Below the pieces are notes generated by a model. It saw only the letters and a list, made by a program, of their open reading frames with translations. It was not told where the DNA came from and ran no database searches. Below are positions 22,565 through 33,783 of a DNA stretch of 43,352 bases, one piece after another; within the stretch, counting starts at the first letter, position 1; the number at the start of each line of letters is the position of its first letter. Both the position numbers and the translations under genes were made by a program. The DNA is from Octopus bimaculoides (Eukaryota), in NCBI RefSeq assembly GCF_001194135.2, contig NC_068991.1:61623286-61666637 (forward strand). The letters run 5' to 3'.

Positions 22565-24482
22565 GTAACGGTAGGGTCACTAATTTGTAACGGTAGAAGT
22601 TTATTTTGTAAACAATAGTATAGAACGTCAGAGTCATAATCAGTTTGTAAGGATTGGCTCTTCGTTGATTGCCATTTTGTAAAGTTGAAAGAACAGTGAT
22701 TGCAGTTGTAAAGAAAATATTTATTTTACCATTATATTGTAAAAATACTTTGCCTCGACGGGCAGGTGATAAAATCGTAAAGCATGCAAAGTATAGATAG
22801 ATGTCGTAGATTTTCTTTGTATAGTTTGTGTTTGTGTTCTCGTCATTGTGTAGTAATAATTACAGATAGAGATAGAGTGATGTTGTAAGAGACAATAAAG
22901 TGAGCTAGTGAGAGTTGTAGAGTCGAAGGAAGTTGGGTCTCATAGTCGCTGATTGTAAACTTCTTCCCCCCTCTGACCATTTGTCTTTAGTAGCTGGCTG
23001 CTTGTAGCCATGGCTAGTTGTCTGTTCACTAACTGATGGTCGCTCTCTCTAACTCGGGTTCCCACTAACTCGAGTTGTCACCAACTAACTAACTTTTGCT
23101 TGGGAGTTCCTGTTTTTATAACTACCCAGAAGGATAGACATATCGTTGAGAACAATGGATTTCGTTGGTGGTACTTGTTATCTTAATTCTAGCTTTTAGT
23201 GAAATAGAAGAGATTAGAAGAGTCAAGTGGCGAAGGCATTAATTTCCTTAGCTAAGGCATCTGATAAATGTAAACTGCTGTCACAGAAAAACTATTCTTT
23301 TACCGTGAGAAAAGTTCTGTTAATTTAAATCTGGCTATCTAAGGATCGAATCTACATCATGCCTGCAAGATCCACTACATCACTCCCCTCCCCAGTGAGG
23401 TTCCAAGGAAACGAAACGAACGATCTAGGGAAAAGAATGCATTCATACAAAAATGCATTTGAAGACAAGGTGACATTCAATTGTGAAAAGTATTTTGTTG
23501 TTAGTGAATGCGATGCAAGGCTGAGAAAAATTGTGCATATCAGGAGAGAGAATCTTGAGAAGGTATACGGGACAAGTAAGTATCTATTCGTGTGCGTCCG
23601 AATAGCGGTGTCGCTTTGCTTGTGCAGAATGCAAAATATGCCGGTTGGTGGGCGACTGAGGCAGAGTGAACGAGCGTGCGCATGAGTGCAGAATGTGCCA
23701 GCTGTTGCGTGACTGAGGCAGTGAGTGAGCGTGTAAAGGCATATACATAAGTACGAAAGAAAGTGCTGCAGCTGGGGAATAAGCTGAGGTGAGTGAGTGT
23801 GTGCATCCTCAATCCATGATATCAGCAAAAGTTTTCTTTCAGGATTGCATTTTGTGTGAAAATGCCTTGAAAAGAGTGCAGATGTGAATTGTGTCTGGCG
23901 TTGTTGTCGTGGGCATTTACTAAGTTAGCAAGAAAGACACAGTAGCATGCTGGAGTGATGCGCGAGGCAGATAATTTTCTCTATTAATTTCGTGACCATC
24001 CTGGGGTCGAACAGACACGAGTTGCGCCTGACAAGAGCGCAGAGAGCATGAGTTGACATCCGACGTACACAGAGTCGAGAAACAGAGCTGAAAGGGCACA
24101 GACATGAGAACATCTTTAAAGGCACTATGTTTTGGTTCATGTGTGTAAGTGGGACGAAACAACTGCTTCATTGGTGAGTTACCATGGTTTTCCTTTTGTG
24201 CCCTTTTCTTTTGCGACAGCGTTTTGTTCAGCGAGTCAGCCAGACTCCGTTCTCACTAACTCACTAACTGACTTTTACTTGGGGGTTCTTGTTTTTATAA
24301 CTGTCCAGTAGGATAGACATATCGTTGAGAACAGTGGATTTCGTTGGTGGTACTTGTTATCGTAATACTAGCTTTTGGTGAAATAGAAGAGGTTAGAAGG
24401 GTCAAGTGACGAAGACCCCCAGCTGTTATCAGAGCATCCTTCCTTGAGAGAAATCCTCTTGTGTAAAACCTGCAGTTTCACA
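22564..24482. mobile_element. Unclassified LTR-like relic (TGTAAC...TTTCACA) with an imperfect internal direct repeat
   Basis: About 23085-23284 is repeated at about 24262-24482; both copies end ctgc-gt-caca; no TSD, PBS or PPT identified. Confidence 0.4.
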
Positions 24483-24853
24483 TGATTATTGGTAATCTCG
24501 CTCCTGCTTGCCACTAGGTACCGATCACTGAGAGTCAGGAAGTGTTATTCGTGTTGTACCATAGTTTATCACTATAATCCAGTTGATGTACAGCTGTCTC
24601 TTTATGGTAACTTCATTTGTCATTCAATCTACTGAAAGCCCTATGGTGATGAAAAAGTGATGACACTTGGAAACATAACAGTGAGTTATAACAATTGTCA
24701 CTCACTTATGCTTCAAGCCATGCGGCTCTGCAGGAAGACTTGGTAGTCATCTGAGAAGTCATTGATGGAAAGTCAGAAATGTCATTGACGATGTGGAAGC
24801 ACAAAGAGACGGAAGGTGTGGAGCAATCAGCATGTATGTATGTATGTATGTAT

Positions 24854-25240
24854 GGAGGCGCAATGGCCCAGTGGTTAGGGCAGCGGACTCGCGGTCATAG
24901 GATCGCAGCTTCGATTCCCAGACCGGGCGTTGTGCGTGTTTATTGAGCGAAAACACCCAAAGCTCCACGAGGCTCCGGCAGGGGATGGTGGCGAACCCTG
25001 CCGTACTCTTTCACCACAACTTTCTCACACTCTTACTTCCTGTTTCTGTTGTGCCTGTAATTCAAAGGGTCAGCCTTGTCACACTGTGTCACGCTGAATC
25101 TCCCCGAGAACTACGTTAAGGGTACACGTGTCTGTGGAGTGCTCAGCCACTTGCACGTTAATTTCACGAGCAGGCTGTTCCATTGATCGGATCAACTCGA
25201 ATCCTCGACGTCGTAAGCGACGGAGTGCCAACAACAACAA
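24854..25240 (+). mobile_element. tRNA-derived SINE family D1
   Basis: A box tggcccagtgg, B box gcttcgattcc, (AAC)n end, embedded in (TATG)n. Confidence 0.85.
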
Positions 25241-25277
25241 TGTATGTATGTATGTATGTATGTATGTATGTATATGT

Positions 25278-25603
25278 GAAGGCACGTGGCTTAATGGTTA
25301 GGGAATTCGACTCACGATCGTAAGGTCGTGAGTTCAATTTCTGGCGATGCGTTGTGTCCTTGAGTAAGACACATTATGTCTCGTTATTTCCAGTCCACTC
25401 AGCTGGCAAAAATGAGTAGTGCCTGTATATCAAAGGGCCAGCCTTATCACATCCTGTGTCAGGCTGAATCTCTCGGAGATCTACGTTAAGAGTACATACA
25501 TGTGTGTGTTGAGTGCTCAGACATTTGTATATTGATATCACAAGCAAGCTGTTCCATTGATCGGATTAACTGGAACCCTTAGCGCCGTAACCAACGGCGT
25601 GCC
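25278..25603 (+). mobile_element. tRNA-derived SINE family D2 (different head and core, same tail as D1)
   Basis: A box tggcttaatgg, B box gagttcaattt, CORE-like gtgtccttgagtaagacac...ccagtccactcagctg; 3' part homologous to D1 from aaaggg(t/c)cagcc. Confidence 0.8.
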
Positions 25604-25615
25604 TATGTATGTATG

Positions 25616-25646
<31 letters not shown>

Positions 25647-25813
25647 TTATTCAGTTTTATTTTAAGACTTCCTGCCAATAAGATAAGAGTTGGTTTCTAA
25701 CCAAGATCTATGATTCCTTCATTGGAATTTCAACAACATCAACAGAGTATTTTTGCATGTATGTGTGTATATGTGCAGTATTTAGAGTCAATGCATATGC
25801 AGGTTTGTATGTT

Positions 25814-26211
25814 TTGTTACCTCCGCCAAGGAAGGAGATTATGTTTTCATCAGCGTTGGTTTGTCCGTCTGTGTGCAAAATAACTCAAAAAGTTGTGAAC
25901 GGTATTTGATGAAGCTTGCAGGAAAAGTTGGTAATGACACAAGGAACAGATGATGAAATTTTGGTAGTGATCCGGGAATTTTTATGGATTCTTGAAGGAT
26001 TTTTCATTTGGTTATATTTACTTTACATGAAATATTACAATGTTACGTTCTTTGCTTATCTCCCTTGAAAACACGTTCATCGTTTCCACGTAACCTATGG
26101 TGGCGTTGCTGTTTCCAAACTTCATTTTCGTTTCTTTATTAGTAATTTTATTCGCGTATCAATCTTAAAATGAGCTTGGCTGAGGTCTGCGCTCTCCGAG
26201 TGCTTTTCTAG
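25814..26211 (+). mobile_element. Non-autonomous Helentron (HINE/DINE-like) element
   Basis: 5' ttgttacctccgccaagga; subterminal IR cctccgcc/ggctgagg; 3' hairpin gcgctc-tcc-gagtgc; ends CTAG|TT. Confidence 0.8.
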
Positions 26212-26254
26212 TTTTATGTATGTACTCTCATGCATATATTTGCATGTCTAGACG

Positions 26255-26760
26255 TACGCATATAAAATTATTAAACTTCTGGAAAGTCTTACAGAGTTTT
26301 ACAGTTCCAGCGATGGCTTGGGTCTGTAGTCTTCAAATCAGTTTTCTTCTTTCTGGTTTTGAGAAGCCTTATTCCTCAAGATTGGTATTTAGGCAGTGTT
26401 TTACACATCCCAGTGCCCCCAATAATCACAGTTATAAAATCTGAATTTGTAATCTGAGTAGAGTAACTGTAGATTTCTCAATAGTTCAGCATGGGTATTT
26501 TCTTTTCTGGTGTTGGACTTTATGTTGACTCATTACAGTCAACAGCCATCTAGTTGCTGGGGTTGAGAGACTCCTGATCGTTCATTTTTTACTTGTAATC
26601 TGAGTAGAGTAACTGTAGATTTCTCAATAGTTCAGCATGGGTATTTTCTTTTCTGGTGTTGGACTTTATGTTGACTCATTACAGTCAACAGCCATCTAGT
26701 TGCTGGAGTTGAGAGACTCCTGATCGTTCATTTTTTACTTCTCTCTAGGAAGAGGAATTT
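26255..26760 (-). pseudogene. RLE-type non-LTR retrotransposon 3' ORF fragment with internal 146-bp tandem duplication
   Basis: Minus strand: RKENTHAELLRNLQLLYSDYKFRF-TVIIGALGCVKHCLNTNLEE*GFSKPERRKLI*RLQTQAIAGTVKLCKTFQKF, the P-V-IGALG motif of restriction-like endonuclease C-termini. Confidence 0.75.
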
Positions 26761-26979
26761 CCGAAATAAAACTTCCCTTCTTGTGAAGCCAGAGATTTTT
26801 CTCGTGCATAATTCCGGACTATTTGGTTTTATTGGTGAGTCTTAGTGATGTTATTGTTATTGACTGCTATTGACTTTAAATTTCTGCTTAGGCATTTCTG
26901 ATAGCCATTGTTTTTATCTCTTAGGATAAGTTAATTTGTTAGTGGTGGTCATACTTTGTCTACGAGTTGATAGCCACCA

Positions 26980-27255
26980 TTTATGTATGCATGTATGTAT
27001 GTATGTATGTATGTACGCACGTACGTACGTATGTATGTATGTATGTAAGTAGGTAGGTAGGTAGGTAGGTAGGTTGGTAGGTAGGTATGTGTAGGTATGC
27101 ATGTATGTATGTATGTATGCATGTATGTATGTATGTATGTATGTATGTATATATGTACGTACGTACGAACATACTTATGTATGTATGTATCTGGTCGTTT
27201 GTATGTATAGTTTTCCATGCATGTACGTAAGTATGTATGTATGTATGTATGTATC
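26980..27255. repeat. (TATG)n/(TAGG)n tetranucleotide tract
   Basis: Direct reading. Confidence 0.9.
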
Positions 27256-27496
27256 TGTTCCTTTCTCTTCTTGCATACTTTTCCATCTAGACCACAGTCT
27301 AATGAAGTGAACCAACTTCGAAGTCACTATCAGCATTTTCATGCAAAAATAAATTTTATCTTCAACTTATATGCCTTGAATGCTCTTTCAGTGAAAATTT
27401 GTTTGTTTTTCGCATGGTTTTACATAAAATAAACATTTTCATATCTAGCTATCTCCAGAATTCCTTCTTCCGATAAGGAGCATTGCTGAGAAACGT

Positions 27497-27647
27497 CTTC
27501 TCTCTCTCTCTCTCTCTCCTCTCCCTCTCTTTCTTTCTCTTTTTTCTTTTCTCCTTCTTCTCCTCCTCTTTCTCTTTCTTCTTCTTTCCCTCCTCTTTCT
27601 TTTTCTTCTTCTTTTCCTCCCCTTCCTCCCCATTCCCCTTCCCCTCC

Positions 27648-27720
<73 letters not shown>

Positions 27721-27722
27721 CC
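27497..27722. repeat. (CT)n, (TCT)n and (CAT)n tracts
   Basis: Direct reading; source of the poly-M, poly-I and KR ORFs. Confidence 0.9.
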
Positions 27723-27961
27723 TCCAGCTCCTCCACTGCAAACAAGCTAGTTTCTACTTTATGGACTTCCCCTCCGTTACGGAAACAGCATTTCGTAAAA
27801 ATCTTGTCATTCGGTGGAGTTCTTTAATGCGAAACATATTTTCCCTTGACGTCTGTATTCACCAACTTCTATATAACAGAGAATTTATTATTGTTATATT
27901 TGGGGATGGTCATATTTTGCCTATTAAACCCGCGCACTATACGATTGGCCTTCACTTCAGC

Positions 27962-28305
27962 ATTATTATTATTGTTCAGTAGTTTTATTTTTATAACGTG
28001 CTTTCACTTCACTACCGAGCGCAGCTCTGTGCACCTTGGGTATGTGCTGTGGTTTGCTGTGGTGCTCTTATGGTTACTGTATTGAAAGTGTTTTGCGTAG
28101 GATGTGTGCAGTGCCCAGTAGTGCAATTTTCTGTATGTTATATATATTTATAAGTCCTGGTGTTTTTGTTATGTATTTGTCTGAATATTTTTTTATTATA
28201 CCTAAGGCACCTACTATGATAGGAATTGTTTCTGTTTTTAGATTCCACATTTGAGTTACCTCTATTTCCAGGTCTTTGTATTTTGAAAGTTTTTCCATTT
28301 CTTTT
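27962..28305 (-). pseudogene. R4/Dong-like (RLE clade) non-LTR retrotransposon 3' end with (AAT)n tail
   Basis: ORF 28074-28298 EKLSKYKDLEIEVTQMWNLKTETIPIIVGALG...IQKIALLGTAHILRKTL, then a 3' UTR and an AAT tail. Confidence 0.85.
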
Positions 28306-28321
28306 CTTTATTATCATTATT

Positions 28322-28427
28322 ATTATTATTATTATTGTTCAGTAGTTTTATTTTTATAACGTGCTTTCACTTCACTACCGAGCGCAACTCTGTGCGCCTT
28401 ATTATCATTATTATTATTATTATTATG

Positions 28428-28490
<63 letters not shown>
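28322..28490 (-). mobile_element. Second, ~65-nt 3'-end copy of the same LINE within (ATT)n
   Basis: 28336-28400 nearly identical to 27974-28040. Confidence 0.8.
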
Positions 28491-29049
28491 GCTGTTGTTG
28501 TTATCATTTTAATTTCTTTGACAAAAGCTCTTTCGTCACACCTCCTGTGACCTCTCCAACGACACGACTCTTTATCTCGCGTATTTCCTCTTGTTCTATT
28601 TAGTCCATTCTCTAATTCAAAGCGGCAAAACATGGCCATCCCCAAATATAACAATATCTGTTTCAACACACGATTTCACACCAAGAAACTTGCAAAGCAA
28701 ATACATAAAACGTAATTTAGAATTTAATAAATATAGACCAAACTCAACCAGAAGACAAGTGTTTCAAGAACGCAGTACCTCGGTAATTCGGGGGGATGCC
28801 TGTATTTACGATTTATCTCTCCAGACTATTATAAATTTCTTCAGTTACTAAATTCTGCAGCAGGGGAATACCTGGTGGGTGAGAGGGGTGTTTTGCATAC
28901 TTAATACAAATACGGTAAAGTTTTACCTGTCTGCACATACCTCTTGTTTATCTTCCTCCTAACTTCGTTTCTAGCCTTCAGTTATATTTTTCAGTATATT
29001 TCTCTCTCGTATCTCAGTCAGACAACTGTTCTCTCCCTCTTTCTCTCTC

Positions 29050-29052
<3 letters not shown>

Positions 29053-29148
<96 letters not shown>

Positions 29149-29150
29149 TC
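29053..29150. repeat. (CT)n microsatellite
   Basis: Direct reading. Confidence 0.95.
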
Positions 29151-29386
29151 TCTTGCACACATATACGAGAGAGAGAGGGAAGGAGAGATATAAATAGATA
29201 CATAGTAGAATAAAAAAAAGAAAACCTTAGTACAGTACTATATATTTTAAAAAATGAATAGAAAGGGCTTTTTATAAGTTTATATACACACACACATATG
29301 TACACATATACACGTGTGTGTGTGTGTGTGTGGTATACATATATATGTATGTTGTGTGTGTGTATATATATATATATATGGCAACA

Positions 29387-29523
29387 GGCACAGGAGTGAC
29401 TGTGTGGTAAGAAGCTTGCTTCTCAACTACATGGTTCCAGGTTCAGTCCAACTGCGTGACACCTTCGGCAAGTGTCTTCTAGTATAGCCTCAGACCGATC
29501 AAAGCCTTGTGAGTGGATTTGGT
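29387..29523 (+). mobile_element. SINE family C, 5' half
   Basis: ggcacaggagtgactgtgtggtaag...ggttcagtcc...aaagccttgtgagtggattt. Confidence 0.8.
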
Positions 29524-29750
29524 CGGTCATAAATCATAAATCTGTTACACTTGTTCTAGTATCTGATGAGTTGGGTTCGTCTTACACTCCCATGAAGCTT
29601 TAAGTCAAATGGATCTGATTCAAACTGTTACTAAAAGATGCATGTACTGAGTGCTACTTTCTTTTGTTTGTTCCCTCACTCTTATATATGCATGTATGTA
29701 TGTATGTATGTATGTATGTATGTATGTATGTATGTATGTATCAGTTTTAA

Positions 29751-29776
29751 TCTATATATATAAAAATGAGAATGTG

Positions 29777-29807
<31 letters not shown>

Positions 29808-30964
29808 GTGTGTGAATCCCTAAAACTCGAGAACTACGCAACCAATTTCATTCAAATTTTATACATGCCTTACTCAGGGTTCCAGTTGTGTTTTAGTCAA
29901 AAAAGATTTTTAACTTCTTGCAGAGTTCGAGCCCACGGCAACATAATATCTCCTCCACTATTTAAGTATTACGTGTCAAAAGTGAAACAAAAACACTCAT
30001 GTCAAATNNNNNNNNNNNNNNNNNNNNNNNNNNNNNNNNNNNNNNNNNNNNNNNNNNNNNNNNNNNNNNNNNNNNNNNNNNNNNNNNNNNNNNNNNNNNN
30101 NNNNNNNNNNNNNNNNNNNNNNNNNNNNNNNNNNNNNNNNNNNNNNNNNNNNNNNNNNNNNNNNNNNNNNNNNNNNNNNNNNNNNNNNNNNNNNNNNNNN
30201 NNNNNNNNNNNNNNNNNNNNNNNNNNNNNNNNNNNNNNNNNNNNNNNNNNNNNNNNNNNNNNNNNNNNNNNNNNNNNNNNNNNNNNNNNNNNNNNNNNNN
30301 NNNNNNNNNNNNNNNNNNNNNNNNNNNNNNNNNNNNNNNNNNNNNNNNNNNNNNNNNNNNNNNNNNNNNNNNNNNNNNNNNNNNNNNNNNNNNNNNNNNN
30401 NNNNNNNNNNNNNNNNNNNNNNNNNNNNNNNNNNNNNNNNNNNNNNNNNNNNNNNNNNNNNNNNNNNNNNNNNNNNNNNNNNNNNNNNNNNNNNNNNNNN
30501 NNNNNNNNNNNNNNNNNNNNNNNNNNNNNNNNNNNNNNNNNNNNNNNNNNNNNNNNNNNNNNNNNNNNNNNNNNNNNNNNNNNNNNNNNNNNNNNNNNNN
30601 NNNNNNATTGTGATTTCTGCAATGTGGTGCATAAATTGTCAAGTAAATGAGACGCATCTTTGCCTCCACTGATTCACTTGCAAAGTGTTGAGTAAAATTA
30701 TTTTGTTGCAGACCTCCATTGGGTCTTTTTATTATCACTACGACACACATAGTCCCCAGTTGGTAACATTGATTTCAAGGCCCTCCTAGATGAGAGACTG
30801 GCATTCCACTTAATGTCTATGTTCCATGCTGGCATGGATTGGAGAGTTATTAATGTAGAAATATGGTATCGTAGCTATTAACAGTTGAGGGTTGCGTAGT
30901 CTAGACGGCGTTTTTAGATTTCATTATTCTCTTTAACCCGGGCAAAGCCGGGTATTTCTGCTAG
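29751..30964 (+). mobile_element. Non-autonomous Helitron
   Basis: A|TCTATATATATAAAAATG start, (GTCT)n, 3' hairpin cccgg-gcaaag-ccggg (30937-30952), CTAG|T end; continuity across the ~600-N gap is assumed. Confidence 0.85.
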
Positions 30965-31384
30965 TTTTAAATATTTATTTCCCAGTCAACTGTTTAACAG
31001 ATAGTATACTAAATTCTTTATCTGTTGTAGATTATATCATCAGTTTCATTCCATAGATAGAGTACAACATCAATAGATCATGAAAGAAAAATAATTATAG
31101 ATGCATATTTAACATATATATCATGCATGTTTAAGCTAGTTTTTACTCTTCTTTGTCTGCATCTATGACAGAGTTGACAGAGTGGTTACCATACACAAGT
31201 TCTGATTGGTTTTGGTTGTGTATTTTTCTTTGTTTTAGTATGATAGTCTTTAAACTGCATACAGTAGTGAGGCCCTGGTTTGGGAGCCCCAGGGTTTTGA
31301 GGACAGTGGATTTATCTCTTATCCTAACCACTGAGCAATGTGTCTACTATGATAATAAACCCTTGCTGCTTCGTGGGATAATAT

Positions 31385-31445
31385 ATTCTTTTATTCTTTT
31401 ATTGTTTCAGTCATTTGACTGCAGCCATGCTGGAGCACCACCTTT
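31385..31445 (-). mobile_element. SINE family C extreme 3' tail
   Basis: Reverse complement of aaaggtggtgctccagcatggctgcagtcaaatgactgaaacaataaaagaataaaagaa. Confidence 0.8.
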
Positions 31446-31458
31446 TAAAAGTGTGAGA

Positions 31459-31565
31459 TGCTTACGGCACCTAGGTTTCCCAAGTGGTCACCCATCTAAG
31501 TACCATCTAAGGCTCAATGCTGCTCAACTTCTGTGATTGGATGAGAACCAGGGAATTCAACATGG
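31459..31565 (-). pseudogene. 5S rRNA pseudogene lacking the first ~13 nt
   Basis: Minus strand ccatgttgaattccctggttctcatccaatcacagaagttgagcagcattgagcc...gtacttagatgggtgaccacttgggaaacctaggtgccgtaagca is collinear with metazoan 5S rRNA as recalled (box A AGTTAAGC-like, box C TGGATGGGTGACC-like); many differences are CpG transitions. Confidence 0.85.
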
Positions 31566-31789
31566 AGCATTTAAAAATAGTTGAGGAAGTAAAACCTTAC
31601 GAAAAATCCGAATTGAGGGGCCATAAATTGGATGTGTAGAATTATACTCAACCAATATCTGGCTTCTCCTTTTTTGTTTCATGGATGCAGCAAATGTGTT
31701 GACTTGACTTTCTTTTGTGACTTGACTGGACACTTGCTTCTGGAAACAAAACGCGGCAGAGAAGAGGTGATTAAGAGGGAGAGAAGGAG

Positions 31790-33098
31790 AGAGAATAAGA
31801 ATAAGAAGAAGAAGAAGAAGAAGAAGAGAGGATAAAAAGATGAAGGGGAAGAAGAAAAGAGGACAAAAAGAAAGAAGATGAAGAAGAAAAGAGGACAAAA
31901 AGAAAGAAGATGAAGAAGAAGAAGAAGAAAAGAGGATGAAAAAGAAGAAGAAGAAAAGAGGATGAAGAAGAAGAAGAAGAAGAAGAACAACAACAACAAG
32001 AAGAAGAAGGAGGAGGAGGAGGGGGAGAAAAGAGGACGTAAAAAGAAGAAAAGAGGATAAAAAGGATGAAGGGGAAGAAGAAAAGAGGATGAAAAGAAAG
32101 AGATGAAGGGGAAGAAGAAGAAAAGAGGNNNNNNNNNNNNNNNNNNNNNNNNNNNNNNNNNNNNNNNNNNNNNNNNNNNNNNNNNNNNNNNNNNNNNNNN
32201 NNNNNNNNNNNNNNNNNNNNNNNNNNNNNNNNNNNNNNNNNNNNNNNNNNNNNNNNNNNNNNNNNNNNNNNNNNNNNNNNNNNNNNNNNNNNNNNNNNNN
32301 NNNNNNNNNNNNNNNNNNNNNNNNNNNNNNNNNNNNNNNNNNNNNNNNNNNNNNNNNNNNNNNNNNNNNNNNNNNNNNNNNNNNNNNNNNNNNNNNNNNN
32401 NNNNNNNNNNNNNNNNNNNNNNNNNNNNNNNNNNNNNNNNNNNNNNNNNNNNNNNNNNNNNNNNNNNNNNNNNNNNNNNNNNNNNNNNNNNNNNNNNNNN
32501 NNNNNNNNNNNNNNNNNNNNNNNNNNNNNNNNNNNNNNNNNNNNNNNNNNNNNNNNNNNNNNNNNNNNNNNNNNNNNNNNNNNNNNNNNNNNNNNNNNNN
32601 NNNNNNNNNNNNNNNNNNNNNNNNNNNNNNNNNNNNNNNNNNNNNNNNNNNNNNNNNNNNNNNNNNNNNNNNNNNNNNNNNNNNNNNNNNNNNNNNNNNN
32701 NNNNNNNNNNNNNNNNNNNNNNNNNNNNNNNNNNNNNNNNNNNNNNNNNNNNNNNNNNNNNNNNNNNNNNNNNNNNNNNNNNNNNNNNNNNNNNNNNNNN
32801 NNNNNNNNNNNNNNNNNNNNNNNNNNNNNNNNNNNNNNNNNNNNNNNNGGGAGAAAAGAGGACGTAAAAAGAAGAAAAGAGGATAAAAAGGATGAAGGGG
32901 AAGAAGAAAAGAGGATGAAAAGAAAGAGATGAAGGGGAAGAAGAAGAAAAGAGGATGAAAAAGACAAAGAGGACGAAGAAGGATGAAAGAAGAAGAAGAA
33001 GAATGAAAGAAGAAGAAGAGGAAGAAGAATGAAAGAAGAAGAAGAAGAAGAAGAAGAAGAATGAAAGAAGAAGAAGAGGACGAAGAATGAAAGAAGAA

Positions 33099-33130
<32 letters not shown>

Positions 33131-33345
33131 AGAATGAAAGAAGAAGATGAAGAGGATGAAAAAGGATGAAGAAGAAGGAGAAAAGAGGATAAAAAGATGA
33201 AGAAGAAGAAGGAGAAGGGAGGATGAAAACAAAGAAGATGAAAAGGAAGAAGAAGAAGAAGAAGAAGAAGAAGTAGAAGAAGAAGAAGAAGAAGAAGAAG
33301 AACAACAACAACAACAACACCAAGAAGTAGAAGAAGAAGTTGTTG
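31790..33345. repeat. Compound GAA/GGA/GAT purine-rich satellite spanning a gap
   Basis: Recurring gaagaaaagaggatgaaaa units; 32021-32128 is repeated at 32848-32955. Confidence 0.9.
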
Positions 33346-33783
33346 TTTGTGAGCTAGTAGTGAGCTAGTGTACTTATCGATGATGAAGACAATGAGGAAG
33401 ATAGAAGCGGGAGAAGGGACAGGAGGATGAGTCCTAGGTCAGCACTGATTGATCAATAGTATAAAATCACAGGACGTTATAGATTAAAATGAGATTTAAT
33501 TTTTTGATAAGGGATCCAAATCGTTTTTCTATGTGTTTTTTTTTTGTCTCATGCTTGGGGTTTTTCTTTAATTAGGATATTGATTATGTTAATTCAACCT
33601 TTAAAGATTAGGGGATTTATAATTATGATGACTAAGTATTTTTATTTCTTTATAAGGGATGGAATTACATTTTTTTGCTTCTAGTAATTCTTGCTATGAA
33701 TATAAATTGTTCTCAATATGTACTGGGGTGGGGGTTTGTTAGTAGTATACACATTCACACAAAGTCAAACACACACATATATA

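Larger units (their letters stand above)
27891..28654. mobile_element. MITE-like element with 31-bp TIRs flanked by TA, disrupted by LINE ends
   Basis: TA|TTGTTATATTTGGGGATGGTCATATTTTGCC ... GGCAAAACATGGCCATCCCCAAATATAACAA|TA (29/31). Confidence 0.7.

Noticed and set aside
24854-24930. tRNA gene
   Set aside because: A/B boxes continue into SINE body and tail; no complete cloverleaf. The same applies to the family A and C heads.
28515-28565. Hammerhead-like motif on the minus strand (ttggagag-gtcac...gtgac-gaaa)
   Set aside because: The CUGANGA core is mutated and stems I and III do not pair.
31557-33323. 588-aa, 517-aa and 398-aa minus-strand ORFs
   Set aside because: Produced by the stop-free TTC-rich satellite plus about 720 Ns.
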